Of a DNA stretch of 64,000 nt, positions 27,146-44,147 are shown in pieces. Origin of the DNA: Eledone cirrhosa (taxonomy: Eukaryota); the NCBI GenBank assembly GCA_964016885.1, contig OZ024746.1, positions 74,152,001-74,216,000 on the forward strand. Direction: 5' to 3'. Under the pieces are notes generated by a model, which made no database searches, had not been told where the DNA came from, and worked only from the letters and a program-made list of their open reading frames with translations. The position numbers were made by a program, and so were the translations under genes. How positions within the stretch are numbered: the stretch's first letter is position 1; each line of letters begins with the position of its first letter.

Positions 27146-27706
27146 TTACATTTTAAATTTAAATTTATATTTAAACGTTGAGTTCAATCTATGTCTGCAG
27201 CAACTGAATAAATTTGTCCGTAGATTAAGGGAATTTTTAGATTTTAGTATAAAGAATATCTCCTCCGCACAGAGGTCACATGTCTCAGAGGATGAATTAA
27301 AAGGAATCCCCCTTGAAACTATATTCCAAGTCGTCGAATATCTAACGTTATCATGCCTAAGTTGCCAGAGTACGCCTGATAGTGCTGTTGAAGATTTTTT
27401 GGATGGATCTGTGAAAGAATTCTTGTGGTTGTTATAGCGAAGTTTAAATTCCGTCGATGTAGAACCAACGTAGTTAAAAGAATTAACGTCCGTTTTAACA
27501 TTACAGTTGTATATTATATTTTTAACTAAGCAGTTGTTATTTAACGGACATTTAGATCTATCTCTACAGTTACATTTGTTAACTTGGATATTATTTATGC
27601 TATTATCGCTAGGTTTTAAGTTCCTGTTATTTATTCTATTAATATTTTGCGCTAAATTTTTGGTGGATGAGTAGGTTAGTTTTATACTATGTCTATTGAA
27701 AATGAT
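27146..27706 (-). CDS. Naiad-type PLE GIY-YIG endonuclease domain (5'-truncated ORF)
   Basis: IFNRHSIKLTYS...CNCRDRSKCPLNNNCLVKNIIYNC...YVGST..EFKLRYNNHKNSF...TALS..LWQL...W...CDLCAEE...LNLRT.LFSCCRH. Confidence 0.88.
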   Translation of the reverse strand: MIFNRHSIKLTYSSTKNLAQNINRINNRNLKPSDNSINNIQVNKCNCRDRSKCPLNNNCLVKNIIYNCNVKTDVNSFNYVGSTSTEFKLRYNNHKNSFTDPSKKSSTALSGVLWQLRHDNVRYSTTWNIVSRGIPFNSSSETCDLCAEEIFFILKSKNSLNLRTNLFSCCRHRLNSTFKYKFKFKM

Positions 27707-27710
27707 AGAT

Positions 27711-27923
27711 AATGATAAACAAATTAAACAAAACAACAACTATTTTAATTATGGCCACAACCTTAACAACTATAATAGAAAGCATTACAATAATTCCAAA
27801 AGCCATAAAAGAAATAGAACTAGGAATATAATATGGTTTGCCCCCCTTTCTCACTAAACATTAAAACCCACATTGCTAAACTATTTTTTAAAGCTCTCGA
27901 TAATCGCTTCCCTAGGTATCACT
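27711..27923 (+). pseudogene. Inverted fragment of the same PLE ORF (RT-EN linker)
   Basis: KRNRTRNIIWFAPP/FSLNIKTHIAKLFFKALDNRFPRYH aligns to RNRNRRVTWYNAPFNLQIKDNIAKKF..ILEKNFPPNH of ORF 30423, the segment just upstream of the minus-strand EN piece. Confidence 0.85.
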
Positions 27924-28384
27924 CAATTCTGCATCGTTTATGTCTGGTTATGTTTCATTTTTTCTTTTTCATTTTCTCTTGTTTCTCTTTTTTCTCTCTA
28001 TATAACGGCTATTTTCTCTCTTAACTACATACATCTCTCTTTACATTAATACTAGAGCTAAATAAATAAATAAATAAATAAATAAATGTATCAACCGATA
28101 CTCAACTTCCAAATTTCTCTATCTATCTCTTTCTCTTTTTTCCTCTCTCTATATATATTTCTCTCTGTTTCTTTACATGAAGTTCTTCTCTTTATCTATC
28201 TTTCTATATCCCTCTATTTAGTCACATGCATTTCTTCTTTTTCTTCGTTTCTCTTTCTTTCTCTCTTTATCTCTTTCTTTTTACAACTATCCACAATATT
28301 TTTTACTACCAAATCAACCTCCCAAGTGCAAGGTGATTGAAAGGTATGTCGTATCTATTTATTTATAAGACTGTTTATATTGTA

Positions 28385-28446
28385 TTTTGTCTGAAGATGG
28401 CATAACATATTGTTAATATGATATCCCTGAAATATATATAACGAAA
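28385..28446 (+). ncRNA. Type I hammerhead (family C); inverted twin at 25786-25847
   Basis: ttttgt-CTGAAGA-stem II-GAAA-tatata-TA-acgaaa, overlapping AATAAA. Confidence 0.8.
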
Positions 28447-28608
28447 TAAATATGGTTTTATAAATATAGTTTCCATTTATTTAATATCATAAATATACTC
28501 CAAATACTTGTTGAGTGCTTTTATATCAGTTATAAATATTTACTCGTTGTTAACCCAACAATTTAAATATAACTTTCCATGTATATATATATACATATAT
28601 ATATATAC

Positions 28609-28775
<167 letters not shown>

Positions 28776-29133
28776 TAAATATATACACAGGTGTGTATGA
28801 TTGTGTACAGAAGATTATATTAATAAAAGGAATTCCAACTTTGTCTGATTTACTCGTTTTATTTACAATTCTTTAAAATTTATAATGGTATTAGAATGAA
28901 ATAGTATGATAGAATATTAAATGTTAAGTGTTAATTGAACAAGTATTTCATGCTTTCGCAATCTTCAGGATCATATTGTGTGGTGACAGTCAAGTTTGCA
29001 ATTTTCAACTGTAATGAGATGGGTAACTGTTGTGCCTTATATACAGTGAAAAGTGGCTACAGAATGCTAAATCTTGCAAACTGTATTTCGACCAATCGGT
29101 GTGTAGTTTCACTGGATTACTAAAGCTGATTGC

Positions 29134-29547
29134 TTTAGGCGTCACGGTTGGTTGAGCATGTCTAAGGACTACTAATTGACCCTATCCAAAGCATCAATTG
29201 TTATGCTATTTTTATAAATGATGAAAATAGCATTTTCTAGTAATCATCACCATCAACATCACTTTTATTATTATTATTGTTCTTGTTGTTGTTAGTGGTC
29301 GTAGTCATAGTCATAGTAGGATTAATATCCCATTATTATTGTTCATTTAGCTTGGGTTTGAATTTATCAATAAAATTCTTTTCTTTGATTTTTCTCTTGA
29401 TTTCACTTGGGCTGTGTAATTTGTACAATGGGAATATTACTAGAAAATGCTATTTTAATCACTTCTAAAAAATAGCAAAACAATTGATGCTTTGGATAGG
29501 GTCAATTAGTAGTCGTTAGACATGCTCAACCAACAGTGACGCCTAAA
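29134..29547. mobile_element. MITE with ~110-bp terminal inverted repeats
   Basis: tttaggcgtcac.gttggttgagcatgtctaa...tagtaat / attacta...ttagacatgctcaaccaac.gtgacgcctaaa around a ~190-bp AT-rich core. Confidence 0.8.
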
Positions 29548-29549
29548 CC

Positions 29550-29580
<31 letters not shown>

Positions 29581-29712
29581 AGAAAGAGCAAAGCTCATCC
29601 CCTGATAGCAATCTATGACTGGGGAGCTTTCAAGGAAGATGATAAGCTACAGGAGAGGTTCACAGTGGAAGTGAGGAACAGGTTCAGTGCTCTGTGTGGA
29701 GAGACAGAGGAG
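29581..29712 (+). mobile_element. RTE-like LINE fragment (post-endonuclease region)
   Basis: RKSK...YDWGAFKEDDKLQERFTVEVRNRFSAL. Confidence 0.6.
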
Positions 29713-29732
29713 AGAGAGATTGGATGGTCTGA

Positions 29733-30064
29733 TGATAATAAACAAATAAATAAACAAATATAAACACACACAGACACCCGGATGTAACACATGCGTAAAC
29801 TAAGCACACAACACACACAAAAACAAGATGGCGTAGGACAGAACAAAGGGGAGGCACAAAAACAAAGAAAACATCCTCAGTCACTGAAGAGGTCACAGCA
29901 TATGCGACGAAAGAACTTTGAAAATATATGAACAATCGTCTGGTTGTGGAACCAACCAACCGGAAATTTAAATTCCTAAATTTATAAATTTAATTTATAA
30001 TACATTGAAGTGAAAGCAACCGGTGCGTCTGTTTCTTATTCGCTACATGACCCTCCCAAAGCAT

Positions 30065-30070
<6 letters not shown>
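29733..30070 (+). mobile_element. Family D PLE-derived unit with HHR at 29881-29921
   Basis: tca-CTGAAGA-ggtcacagcatatgcgac-GAAA-gaac-TT-tga; homologous to 39596 and 44145-44700. Confidence 0.8.
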
Positions 30071-30153
<83 letters not shown>

Positions 30154-30231
30154 TATATACATATATATATATACAGAGACATGCAGAGTATGTTGTGGGG
30201 TCCACATACACACACACAGACATACATGTAT

Positions 30232-30270
<39 letters not shown>

Positions 30271-30410
30271 GTAATAATAATAAAATTGAAGACTAAAATC
30301 CAAAGAGGGCTCGATAAGGAAAATATATATCAAATATATAAGAACCGTAGAGCAAATATTTATTAATCTGTTATTTTAATCTGTTATTTTAATCTGTTAT
30401 TTTAATAAAT
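30271..30410. mobile_element. Family G tail fragment with triplicated aatctgttatttt(t)
   Basis: Matches 48443-48540; flanked by (AT)n. Confidence 0.75.
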
Positions 30411-30422
30411 ATATATATATAT

Positions 30423-31701
30423 ATGGTAGTAGTAAATTTCCTAGATATAACTTTAGACTTAGCTACGGGTATCTACCAACCTTACCATAAACCCAACCAA
30501 AACTTACACTACATACACTCACAATCTAATCACCCTAAATCTATCCTTAAAAACCTTGCATATAATATATCACTTAGAATTTCTAACCTTTCTTCTAACC
30601 AAGATGTATTTGATAAAAATGCGACCTTCTATAACGAAGCTCTAGATAGAAGTGGCCACAAAAATAGATTAGAATATATACCTTCTACTAAAAATACTAT
30701 AAACATACAACCTAATATTACCAACAAACACCAAATGAAAAGTACACACCTAAATGCCACCCACACTATACCCCAAAATACCAACAACTCTTCTAATATA
30801 AAGTATAGTAACTCTCAAAAAACTACTCATCATACAACTCTAATAAATGTTAATAATAAAACTCCTAATAAACAAGATAAAACACCTAAATCTACAAATC
30901 TAACTAAAAATGTACGTGGTGAGATCATTAACATTAATCCTCCTAGTAAACATCACGATACAACCTATAAAAATAATAAACAACATAGAAACCGTAATAG
31001 ACGAGTTACTTGGTATAATGCCCCATTTAATTTACAAATTAAGGATAATATTGCTAAAAAATTTGTTTATATCCTAGAGAAAAACTTCCCGCCAAACCAC
31101 AAATACCATCAAATCTTAAATAGGTCTACAGTTAAATTCTCATACTCAACAACAAATAACATAAAACAAAATATAAGTGCCTATAATGCATATAAATGTA
31201 AGAATACCATAAGTATACCACCAATACATCAAACTAACCATAATATCTCCTCAAATACAGAATTAACGAAAGGTTGTAACTGTAGAAACAAAGCAAACTG
31301 CCCATTAAAAGGAAATTGTCTTGTTAACAACATAGTTTATAAATGTAATGTTAAAACTAAAGATTCTATTTGCTCATATATAGGAGCTACTTCTAACAAT
31401 TTTAAGGTAAGGTTTAATACCCACAAACATAGTTTTAAAAATGCCGCACTGGCTAATACAACATCTCTAGCAGAAAAAAATCAATAGTTATAAAAATAAG
31501 AATATAGAATATGATATGACCTGGAGTGTGCTCAAAAGAGCCACCCCTTATCAAAATAATAGAAATGAATGTAGATTATGTTCCCAAGAACTATTTGAAA
31601 TAATGAAATCTAAGGATATCCTATTAAATAAACGACAGGAATTAATTATATCGTGTAATCATAAACTAAGAAAAACATTTAAATATTATAAACCTAATTA
31701 A
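30423..31701 (+). CDS. Naiad-type PLE polyprotein, 5'-truncated (RT thumb, N/T-rich insert, GIY-YIG), one +1 frameshift at A7 31474-31480
   Basis: VNFLDITLDL..G.YQPYHKPN...YIH.QSNHP...LSS...YNEAL.RSG...CNCRNKANCPLKGNCL..NIVYKC...YIGAT..FKVRF..H..SF / TWSVL..ATPY..CRLC..E...LLNKRQE..SCNH. Confidence 0.92.
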
Positions 31702-32164
31702 TAACATTATTTTAGAAATTAATATATAATTTAATTTAAATGTTAGTTAACCTATAAATTTAATTTAATTAAAATTCTACTACAGATGAGATTATAAAAT
31801 ATTGTGTAATCATAAATTGTGAAAAACTTTTAAATATTACTAATATATACTTCGTAAATTAATTTATAGATTAATTTTAATTTATTTAACCTTTTATTAA
31901 AATTCCTTTACAGATAAAATATAACAAAATATCGTGTATTCAATGACAGAGAAATAATTTTTAATATTATAGACCTAATTAATGTACATTTTAGAAATAT
32001 ATTTATAATTTGGTTTTAAATTTGGTTAACCTAAAAATTTAATTTAATTGGCTTAAAATTAATATCCTAATACAGATGGATTGCAGAGTGTCATGTAATC
32101 ATAGACTGAGATAGGTTTTGGATGTATACCTAGTTAATATATTCTTTGCAATTTTTGAAAAAGT

Positions 32165-34450
<2,286 letters not shown>

Positions 34451-35046
34451 AATATATTTCTTTTTTCTTTTTCTTTTTATTTCTAAATTTATAGATACAT
34501 TTATAAATAGGCAGTTTGCTGACACCGCTAAATACTGACCTCTTCTCCCCCCCCCCCCACCTACTTTCTGTATCTGGATCTAAATATGTGTGGCAGTGTT
34601 TATGTGCGCGCATTAATGTCCATATGCTTATGATAATAGTATATACACATATATGTGTGTGGGGGTGTGTGTGTGTATGTATGTTCGTGGTTGTGTGTAT
34701 GTTTATGCGTATACGCGCGTGTGTGTGTGAATGTACGTATATGTGTGAGTATATGAATGTGTGTATATATATATTTTTATATTTATATGTTTATATGCGT
34801 ATACGTATTTTATCTGTAGATTATAAACATACAGAAACATTAGCCTTGAATTTTTGTATTTACATACATCTTTTCGGCATGCGTATGCATGTGAACATAT
34901 ATTTTTATGCATATCTGTGAACGAAGTTACTTACATATATACACACACCTAACTGTATAAACTTTTTGTGTTTTCATTGGTCAATTTGAACTCTGTTCCC
35001 AAACAGACCTGTAATTTTGAATTGTTGTTATTATCAATAAATATAT

Positions 35047-35200
35047 TTCATTATTTCTGAAGACGGCATATATATGTGTTGGTATGTATATTTAATTTTG
35101 ATAGTTTGTATAATTTTGTATAATTTTGTACATAGATCTGTTGAATATGCATGCCAATTCTAACACATATATATCCTAGAAACGATCGTTAAATAATGAA
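35047..35200 (+). ncRNA. Type I hammerhead with 10-bp stem I and enlarged stem II
   Basis: ttcattattt-CTGAAGA-cggcatatatatgtgttgg...ctaacacatatatatccta-GAAA-cgatcg-TT-aaataatgaa. Confidence 0.85.
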
Positions 35201-35399
35201 CTTTTTTTGTTTAATATAAGGAACTGTTTCATTGTTTTATTCATTATTTTTTTAAATATTTTATCTTGACTCTGTATTCCGTTTATCTTTCACCGAAAGT
35301 GATTTTTCATTGCATCTCTTCTTTCCATGATATCCGGATTACATTGAGTTCTTCATACGGATTGGACACTACCGCAAACTCTTGGTAGATTTATCTACA

Positions 35400-35975
<576 letters not shown>

Positions 35976-35977
35976 TG

Positions 35978-36097
35978 TGAAGGCGTGTGGCTGAGTGTTT
36001 AGAGAATTGGATTCGCAATCGTAAGGTTGTGAGTTCGATTCCTGGACCAGGCGATGCGTTATGTCCTTAAGCAAGACACTTTATTTCACGTTGCTCC
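35978..36097 (+). mobile_element. tRNA-derived SINE family 2, 5' part
   Basis: gtggctgagtg box A, gagttcgattcc box B, tgtccttaagcaagacactttatttcacgttgctcc. Confidence 0.85.
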
Positions 36098-36226
36098 TTC
36101 TACCTGGAGTTGCGACCGATAGATAGTATTAGCAATTGGAAAGACCAACGGAAACATCGTTTCCTCGGTCCGATTTGACGAAAGTCGATCGTTCCCCCCC
36201 AAAAAAATATATACACATATATATAC

Positions 36227-36258
<32 letters not shown>

Positions 36259-36425
36259 ACAAACATGCCCATATTCAGGTACATGTGAATGCACGAACAC
36301 ACAGCGATATGCATACAAACGAACGGCCACTCATACAAATACATACAAACATGTACTCATAAATATACGCATATACTCAGGCACATAAAAACAGCTCTAC
36401 AAGCAGGAAATGCAGATAAGTAAGA

Positions 36426-36818
36426 AACCATCTTATAGACACCTGAAATATAGGCATTGTTAGCTTAAGAGAAACTTAAGAATAAGGAGTGGCACCCCAT
36501 TCTGAACTTGTTTATAGAATTTTTTCTACCTTTGTCACTCTAAATACAAATTATAGCCTTAAAGAATTTGCTTTTAATGAATTCCCTTTTCTTTCAACCA
36601 ATGACCTCTACCCATCCCACTCCCCACCCTCTCCTACTACCTCAAAAGATATAAATACCACAACATTAACTTTTGGAAAGCCAGATTCCTGATGATTTCT
36701 AAAGAATGAAACAGTTCTAGTCCTGTAGAATTTCATCTATATTAAAACTTTTATACTCTGCTTTGTATTGAGTACCTTACTTACTGTGGTTACCTCCGGT
36801 TCAACCCGGAATATCTTA

Positions 36819-36820
<2 letters not shown>
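36426..36820 (+). mobile_element. Family E unit with intact HHR at 36683-36733
   Basis: agattc-CTGATGA-tttctaaagaat-GAAA-cag ttctagtc ctg-TA-gaattt; tail ...ttcaacccggaata then (AT)n. Confidence 0.85.
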
Positions 36821-36907
<87 letters not shown>

Positions 36908-39218
36908 GACGCGGTATACGAGTATGCACGTCTGTATTGTGTGACATGTGTAACGCTTTATCTGTATGTATTTGTATCACGCTTTATGTATTTGTATCAC
37001 GCTGTATGTATTTGTATCACGCTTTCTTAATTTTTGAGAGAGAGAGAGGGAGGGAGGGAGAGAGATAAGGGGAAGGTAGGGGGAAGAAAGAGTTATAGAG
37101 AGATCGGGTAAGGGAGAGAGACTAATGAAACATTATTTTTTGATGATGATGTTTTTGCTAACAGGTATTTTACTGACGATGTTCATTTTGATAAAGATGT
37201 TGATTAGGAATATGATGTTGATGATGTCATCTATGTTATCATGAGGATTAGCATTATACAGAAAAACGTGGTTGGAACTGTTAGCAGATGGGAAGAGGTG
37301 CTGAATGATAGTATTATTGCTGAGTGTAGACTATATGGATGCTTATTATGTGGATGATGATGATTATCATGTTAATTGCCATAGTGTGATTAAGTATGAG
37401 AAATTTGATTCGACTTTGACAACAACATAATTACAATTATGAAAATTGTTGTTCACAAGTCAGTAAATTTAACTTACCTGAGGCTTCCTGTCAATTAGTA
37501 AAACTACAAGAAATCATTATGTGTAAGTTTTTGATCGAAGATATGTCAGAAAAAAACTTTTCAGATTTTATAGTGTGCACTGAAAATCTGCACTGTATTT
37601 GAACGCTATCTCATTACGCATAAACTGTCAAATTTATTAAACGTGGCATAAACGTCACAACATCACAGACATGAGAATATCAAAACAAGATACACTACAT
37701 ACTACTGCAGCAACCCACAATTCGGAGTTCATTCTCTGAAGATCTATAATAGAGCTGATCTTTCCCTTATAACTTTACCAGAGAAAATAAACATTTCTTT
37801 CCAATTCTGCTCAACTGCTCAAATCTGTTTCGTTGAGATGAACTAAGTATTTCGATCAACGTAATTCTACATTATGAAATTAACTTGTAAGTAGCTAACC
37901 ATTCCATAGATTCATAAACACTTCACATAAATCTCATAGCACATTAAAGGGAAACAATATATAACACTATGGCACCGTTAAAGATATATATATATAGGGG
38001 GGGGGGGAGATTGGTTCTTATACACTACTGTGTGGCAATCAATACAATAAATGAGCGTATCAGTCAAGGCGTGCACTTCTACACATTGAGCTGGAAGTCG
38101 CATACATATCTAATTCACATCACATGGAACTATCTAGAGAGAATGAACACGAATAAAATGATTTTGGCCATACGTTAGTCGAATAAGGAGTGCAAATAGA
38201 AACATTTAGAAGCAGACCTGACAATATGAGGCGAGATACATGTTAAAGATGTCGAACTGCAGTTCATACGATGAACGTGTGTTGTTCGAAATGTACTCTA
38301 TGGTCCGCAGCTAGCTAGACACTGATCAGCAATCGATCTAAGTATCGCAATTAGTCATTTAAACGATCACTTGCATGCTATGAATCTGTTCTATCAGATC
38401 TGACCTAGCAAAACGCACGCGCAAGAGAAAAAATATAAACTGAGAAAATTCCAGACGGAAGCACTGAGTAATAGATGAATTATGACCTCAAAGAATTGGA
38501 ATACTCTTTGTAAAAAAATGAACGAGTCGTTAACATTCTTATTCATCTACTCAAGCTGATGAGTTCTAAATAATTTTATTTAGATTGCAACAACAAAATA
38601 AGAATTTTAAGGTCATTTTTCTTACTAAAGTAAAATGTTAGCCTAGCAAGACCCATAATATGGTGTACTTTCTGAAGCAAGATTTTTCTCGTCGCCAAAC
38701 CTTTTAGTTACCTGTAACAACATACAGGGATATGTTATGCATATTCTAAAGTGTTTCACAGATACACATTTTATTTAGATTGAATAGTGAAATGGCGATG
38801 GTGTCTTAGGGAAACGTAAGTAGGTCTTATTATTAGAATTCAAATCACAGCCGCTCACTGTTTGATCATAAACTCAAAAATGGTAGGCTTAATTCCCATA
38901 TAATAAGTAAAGACTTATAACTACGTACGTTTACAAAATCAATAAAACTACAAAGTACATCTCGTTCTTTGTCGCAAGTTTGTGGGGGGAAAGGCTGTTT
39001 TATTTTGTATTGTTGATTTCTTATAGTTGATATGTAAATCTATGTAAATACGCCGATGCCACAAGATCTATTGATAAGGAATTTACAAAACAAATAAAAA
39101 ACATAAACAAATCTATATTTCGGCTACCATCTCTTTTTAATCTCTCTAACAACACAGGCACACACATAGAAACTCACACGCACATACACACACTCACACA
39201 CACGCACACACACACACA

Positions 39219-39249
<31 letters not shown>

Positions 39250-39595
39250 GTATAGGGATGTTCCACTTCAAAAATAATGTCAGAAATTAAAAAAAAGAGA
39301 AAACCTTATCAACAGCTACTTATGACTTGAAGCACTTATCTACACGGCACACTAACGTGTGTTGTGATGATGTTTGCAATTAAACTTTTATCATATTATT
39401 TGGTATTCATTTGTTTACAACATTCGAGACAAAATTCAAATTATTTATCACTTTCATCCATATAATTTTAGCTTCCTCAATTATCTAATCTACTGTGAAG
39501 TGCTAATATTGCACATACATTTTCACTGACACACGCACACACACATGTATAGATATATGTATGCATACATATTTATATGTAAGTATATATATATA

Positions 39596-39901
39596 TTGTT
39601 ATACTTTGGGAGGGTCATGTTGCCAATAAGAAACACACGCACCAGTTGCTTTCACTTCAATTTATTATAATAAATTTATAATAAATTTATAAATTTATAA
39701 ATTTCTGGTTGGTTGGTTGGTTCCACAACCAGATAGTAGTTGCTTATATATTGTCATAGTTCTTTCGTCACACACTCTGTGACCTCTTCAGTGACTGGGG
39801 ATTCCTTTCTTTGTTTCTGTGCCTCTCCTTTGTTCTGTCCTACATATCGGTTTCAACACACGATTTCAGATAAAGAATCTTGCTAAATAAATTCAGAAAC
39901 G

Positions 39902-39904
<3 letters not shown>
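39596..39904 (-). mobile_element. Family D unit with HHR at 39753-39795 and inverted tail at 39844-39904
   Basis: Minus strand: gtca-CTGAAGA-g-gtcaca gagtg tgtgac-GAAA-gaac-TA-tgac. Confidence 0.85.
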
Positions 39905-40333
<429 letters not shown>

Positions 40334-40395
40334 TGTATATATATTTATATATATATATATACACACATATATATATATATGTATATATATATATT

Positions 40396-40427
<32 letters not shown>

Positions 40428-40555
40428 TATATATAATGTATACATATATATATAAATATATATACAAATAAATGTATATAAATAAATTAATAAATAAATA
40501 AATATATATTATCTGTAATACACATGTATATATTATAAATATTTATTTATATGCG

Positions 40556-40650
<95 letters not shown>

Positions 40651-40655
40651 ACGTA

Positions 40656-40770
<115 letters not shown>

Positions 40771-40779
40771 ATATATATA

Positions 40780-41482
40780 CTTTACGCGATTTACTTGTCC
40801 CAATAGCTTTATTTAGCTATTGCTCCCACCAACCGGAGGTATATGATTTTTAATGCGATGACATACTAATGAAGGTTGGAAAATCACTGACGAAGGACTA
40901 TTTTTATCATATGTAACCCATGTGCAACCACGCAGTATTCTTTCTTCTCATGTTTTTTAATATATATTTACCTCGGCTGCGTTTGTCTGTTTCTCTCTTA
41001 CTGCTTCCCCGCTCTCTCTGTTTCTCTCACCTTCTTTCGCCCCCTCTGTCAGTTACACTTTCTCTCGACTGACCTCTTCCTCGCACTTCGACTCACTCAC
41101 TCTCTGTTTCTCTCCTTCTCAATTCCTCCCGTTTGGCTTGTAGTGGGTTCTCTTCCTGCTCACATCTCACTCACGTCGGATGGTCTGTATATCTCTCTCG
41201 CTCATGAAATCCACCCAGCTTATGCTGATCGGATAACCATGTTGCTTGTTTTTTCCTATCTTTGCGTTGCTTTCATCCTTCTATGTTGTTTACTTGTCTC
41301 ACTCGCTTTACGCGATTTACTTGTCCCAATAGGTTTATTTAGCTATTGCTCGCACCAACCGGAGGTATATGATATTTCATGCGATGAAATACCAATGAAG
41401 TTTGGAAAATCACTGATGAAGGACTATTTTTATTATATGTAACCCATGTGCAACCACGCAGTATTCTTTCTTCTCATGTTTT
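40780..41482 (+). mobile_element. AT-flanked unit with ~177-bp terminal direct repeats (40780-40956 / 41306-41482)
   Basis: ctttacgcgatttacttgtcc...ttctcatgtttt is duplicated, a PLE-like partial tandem. Confidence 0.7.
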
Positions 41483-42005
41483 ATATATATATATATATAT
41501 TTATATAGCAGGGAAGTGTCACAAGAAACTAATGACTGAGGAAGATAGCCTGCTTCAAGTAGACCCAACAGAGAATTTGTTAACCATCTATTGTCACACG
41601 AGACAGGGTAAAATCGAGTCACTTTTGAGATGGCTTTACCGCTACGACCTCCGCCGTGCATTTGCAATGAGTGTGCATTAATTTTTAAGTCGTCTGGTAA
41701 ATTAGTCAGACATGCCAAAATACAAGAATACACAGCCCATCAAATAATTTCCAAAAGGGAGCCAGCTTTTCAAGAAAAGTATATCATACACAAAACGCCA
41801 GCATCAACATGAAGGGGACCCCTAATGTTTATCTAAAAATATTATTTCCCAGTCTCATTTCTCATTCTATCTTCTGAGGAATGTCTATCGTCCAAATTGT
41901 TGAAACTCTTTTCCTACTATATCAATCGTTAAACTAATAATATAATTTCTTCATGGTACTAATGGTACTATGCCGTTTGCTTTGTTATTTCTGTTTGTAT
42001 TTTAC

Positions 42006-42055
<50 letters not shown>

Positions 42056-42084
42056 AATGAAATAAATATGGTTTTACTTGTTAA

Positions 42085-42157
<73 letters not shown>

Positions 42158-42161
<4 letters not shown>

Positions 42162-42565
42162 ATATTAACAAATAAAAACCATATTTATTTCATTATACAT
42201 ATTTCAAGGACAACAAAGCAAATTATGGTGCGCTTTCATCAGATAAAATATAATATAGATCAGTTTTATAAACAAATATTGATATACCCTTAAAAGAATG
42301 CTTCCAACAGACATGGCCGCATTCTTTTAAGGGTATCTCAATATTTGTTTATAAAACCGATCTATATTATATTTTATCTGATGAAAGCGCACCATAATTT
42401 GCTTTGGTGTCCTTGAAATATGTATAATGAAATAAATATGCTTTTATAAATATAGTTTCCATTTGTTAATATATTGTATTTTTACTCCAAAAATTTGTTG
42501 AGTGCTTTATATCAGTTATAAAAATATTTGCTTGTTGTATCCCAACACATTAAATATAACTTCTA
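42158..42565. mobile_element. Family C head-to-head foldback with two HHRs (42188-42248 -, 42372-42432 +)
   Basis: ~145-bp inverted arms around a ~17-nt spacer; ttttat-CTGATGA-...-GAAA-tatgta-TA-atgaaa. Confidence 0.88.
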
Positions 42566-42701
42566 CATATATATATATATATATATATATATCTGTGAGC
42601 GTGTGCATATATGTATATGCCTACACACACACATATATATATATATATGCCTACATACACACACGCATATATACGTCTATGTGTGTATATATGTTTATAT
42701 A

Positions 42702-42890
42702 TAATTGTTTCTACTTTAGGCACAAGGCCAGCAAATACCCAGTGCATTACTGGTACTTTATTTTATCGACCCCGTAAGGATGAAAGGCAAAGTCAACCTC
42801 GGCGGGATTTGAACTCAGATCATAAAGGGACGTAACTATGCTGGAAAGCATGGCGTCAAACCCTCTACCGATACTGCCAATCCACCGCCC
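42702..42890 (-). mobile_element. Full-length SINE family 1
   Basis: Close to the family consensus seen in this window. Confidence 0.92.
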
Positions 42891-42913
42891 TAATAATGCA
42901 TATATAATATATG

Positions 42914-42974
<61 letters not shown>

Positions 42975-42975
42975 G

Positions 42976-43160
<185 letters not shown>

Positions 43161-43162
43161 TT

Positions 43163-43376
<214 letters not shown>

Positions 43377-43619
43377 ATAATATATATATATATATATATA
43401 TCTGAAGTTGAAACTGCGATTGAAATGTTTAAGGAGGTTTGTTTACAATAACTTATAACTTTACCGGTTTTACAATTCTCATGATTTTCAAAAGTAAAGA
43501 GAGATGGAGAGATGTGTCGCCCTGCCGACTTATAACTGGCATCTATCCCTCTATTTATCTATCTATTTATTTATATCTCTTTTTCTCTCCCACTCCCCTG
43601 TCTCTCTCTTTTTCTCTCT

Positions 43620-43657
<38 letters not shown>

Positions 43658-43666
43658 TCTCTCTCT

Positions 43667-43766
<100 letters not shown>

Positions 43767-44099
43767 AGTGAATAAAATGGCGAGCTGTGTGGCTGCAAAT
43801 AAGTATAATGAAAATAAAAGTTACGGGCGAAAGAGGGCAATATCCATCGTCAGTTGTCTGCTAAGAATCATAGGTATTTCTTCGCGTTAGAGACAAGATA
43901 CCACAGCCAAGGCTAGGGCGAACAATAACTAAAATAAGTTATTGGGATAAAAAAGTGGGGAGAGAGAGAAGAAAATGTAAATAGACACGAAGGGTGAAGC
44001 AACCAAAATAGGAAAAATCAAGTCAACAGCTCATTTCGAACATAAGTTCTGGTGGGTTTGACGAGAAAAAAAGATACGTCTTTGCTGTAGCAGTGTGAG

Positions 44100-44144
<45 letters not shown>

Positions 44145-44147
<3 letters not shown>

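Larger units (their letters stand above)
25767..28580 (-). mobile_element. Naiad-type PLE with ~540-bp inverted pseudo-LTRs (25767-26309 / 27925-28465)
   Basis: Near-identical inverted arms, each with a family C HHR (25786-25847 -, 28385-28446 +), enclose the endonuclease ORF. Confidence 0.9.

Noticed and set aside
41630-41812. C2H2-like peptide CNECALIFKSSGKLVRHAKIQ
   Set aside because: Single finger with no second His and no exon context; more likely a decayed LINE C-terminus, and too weak to annotate.
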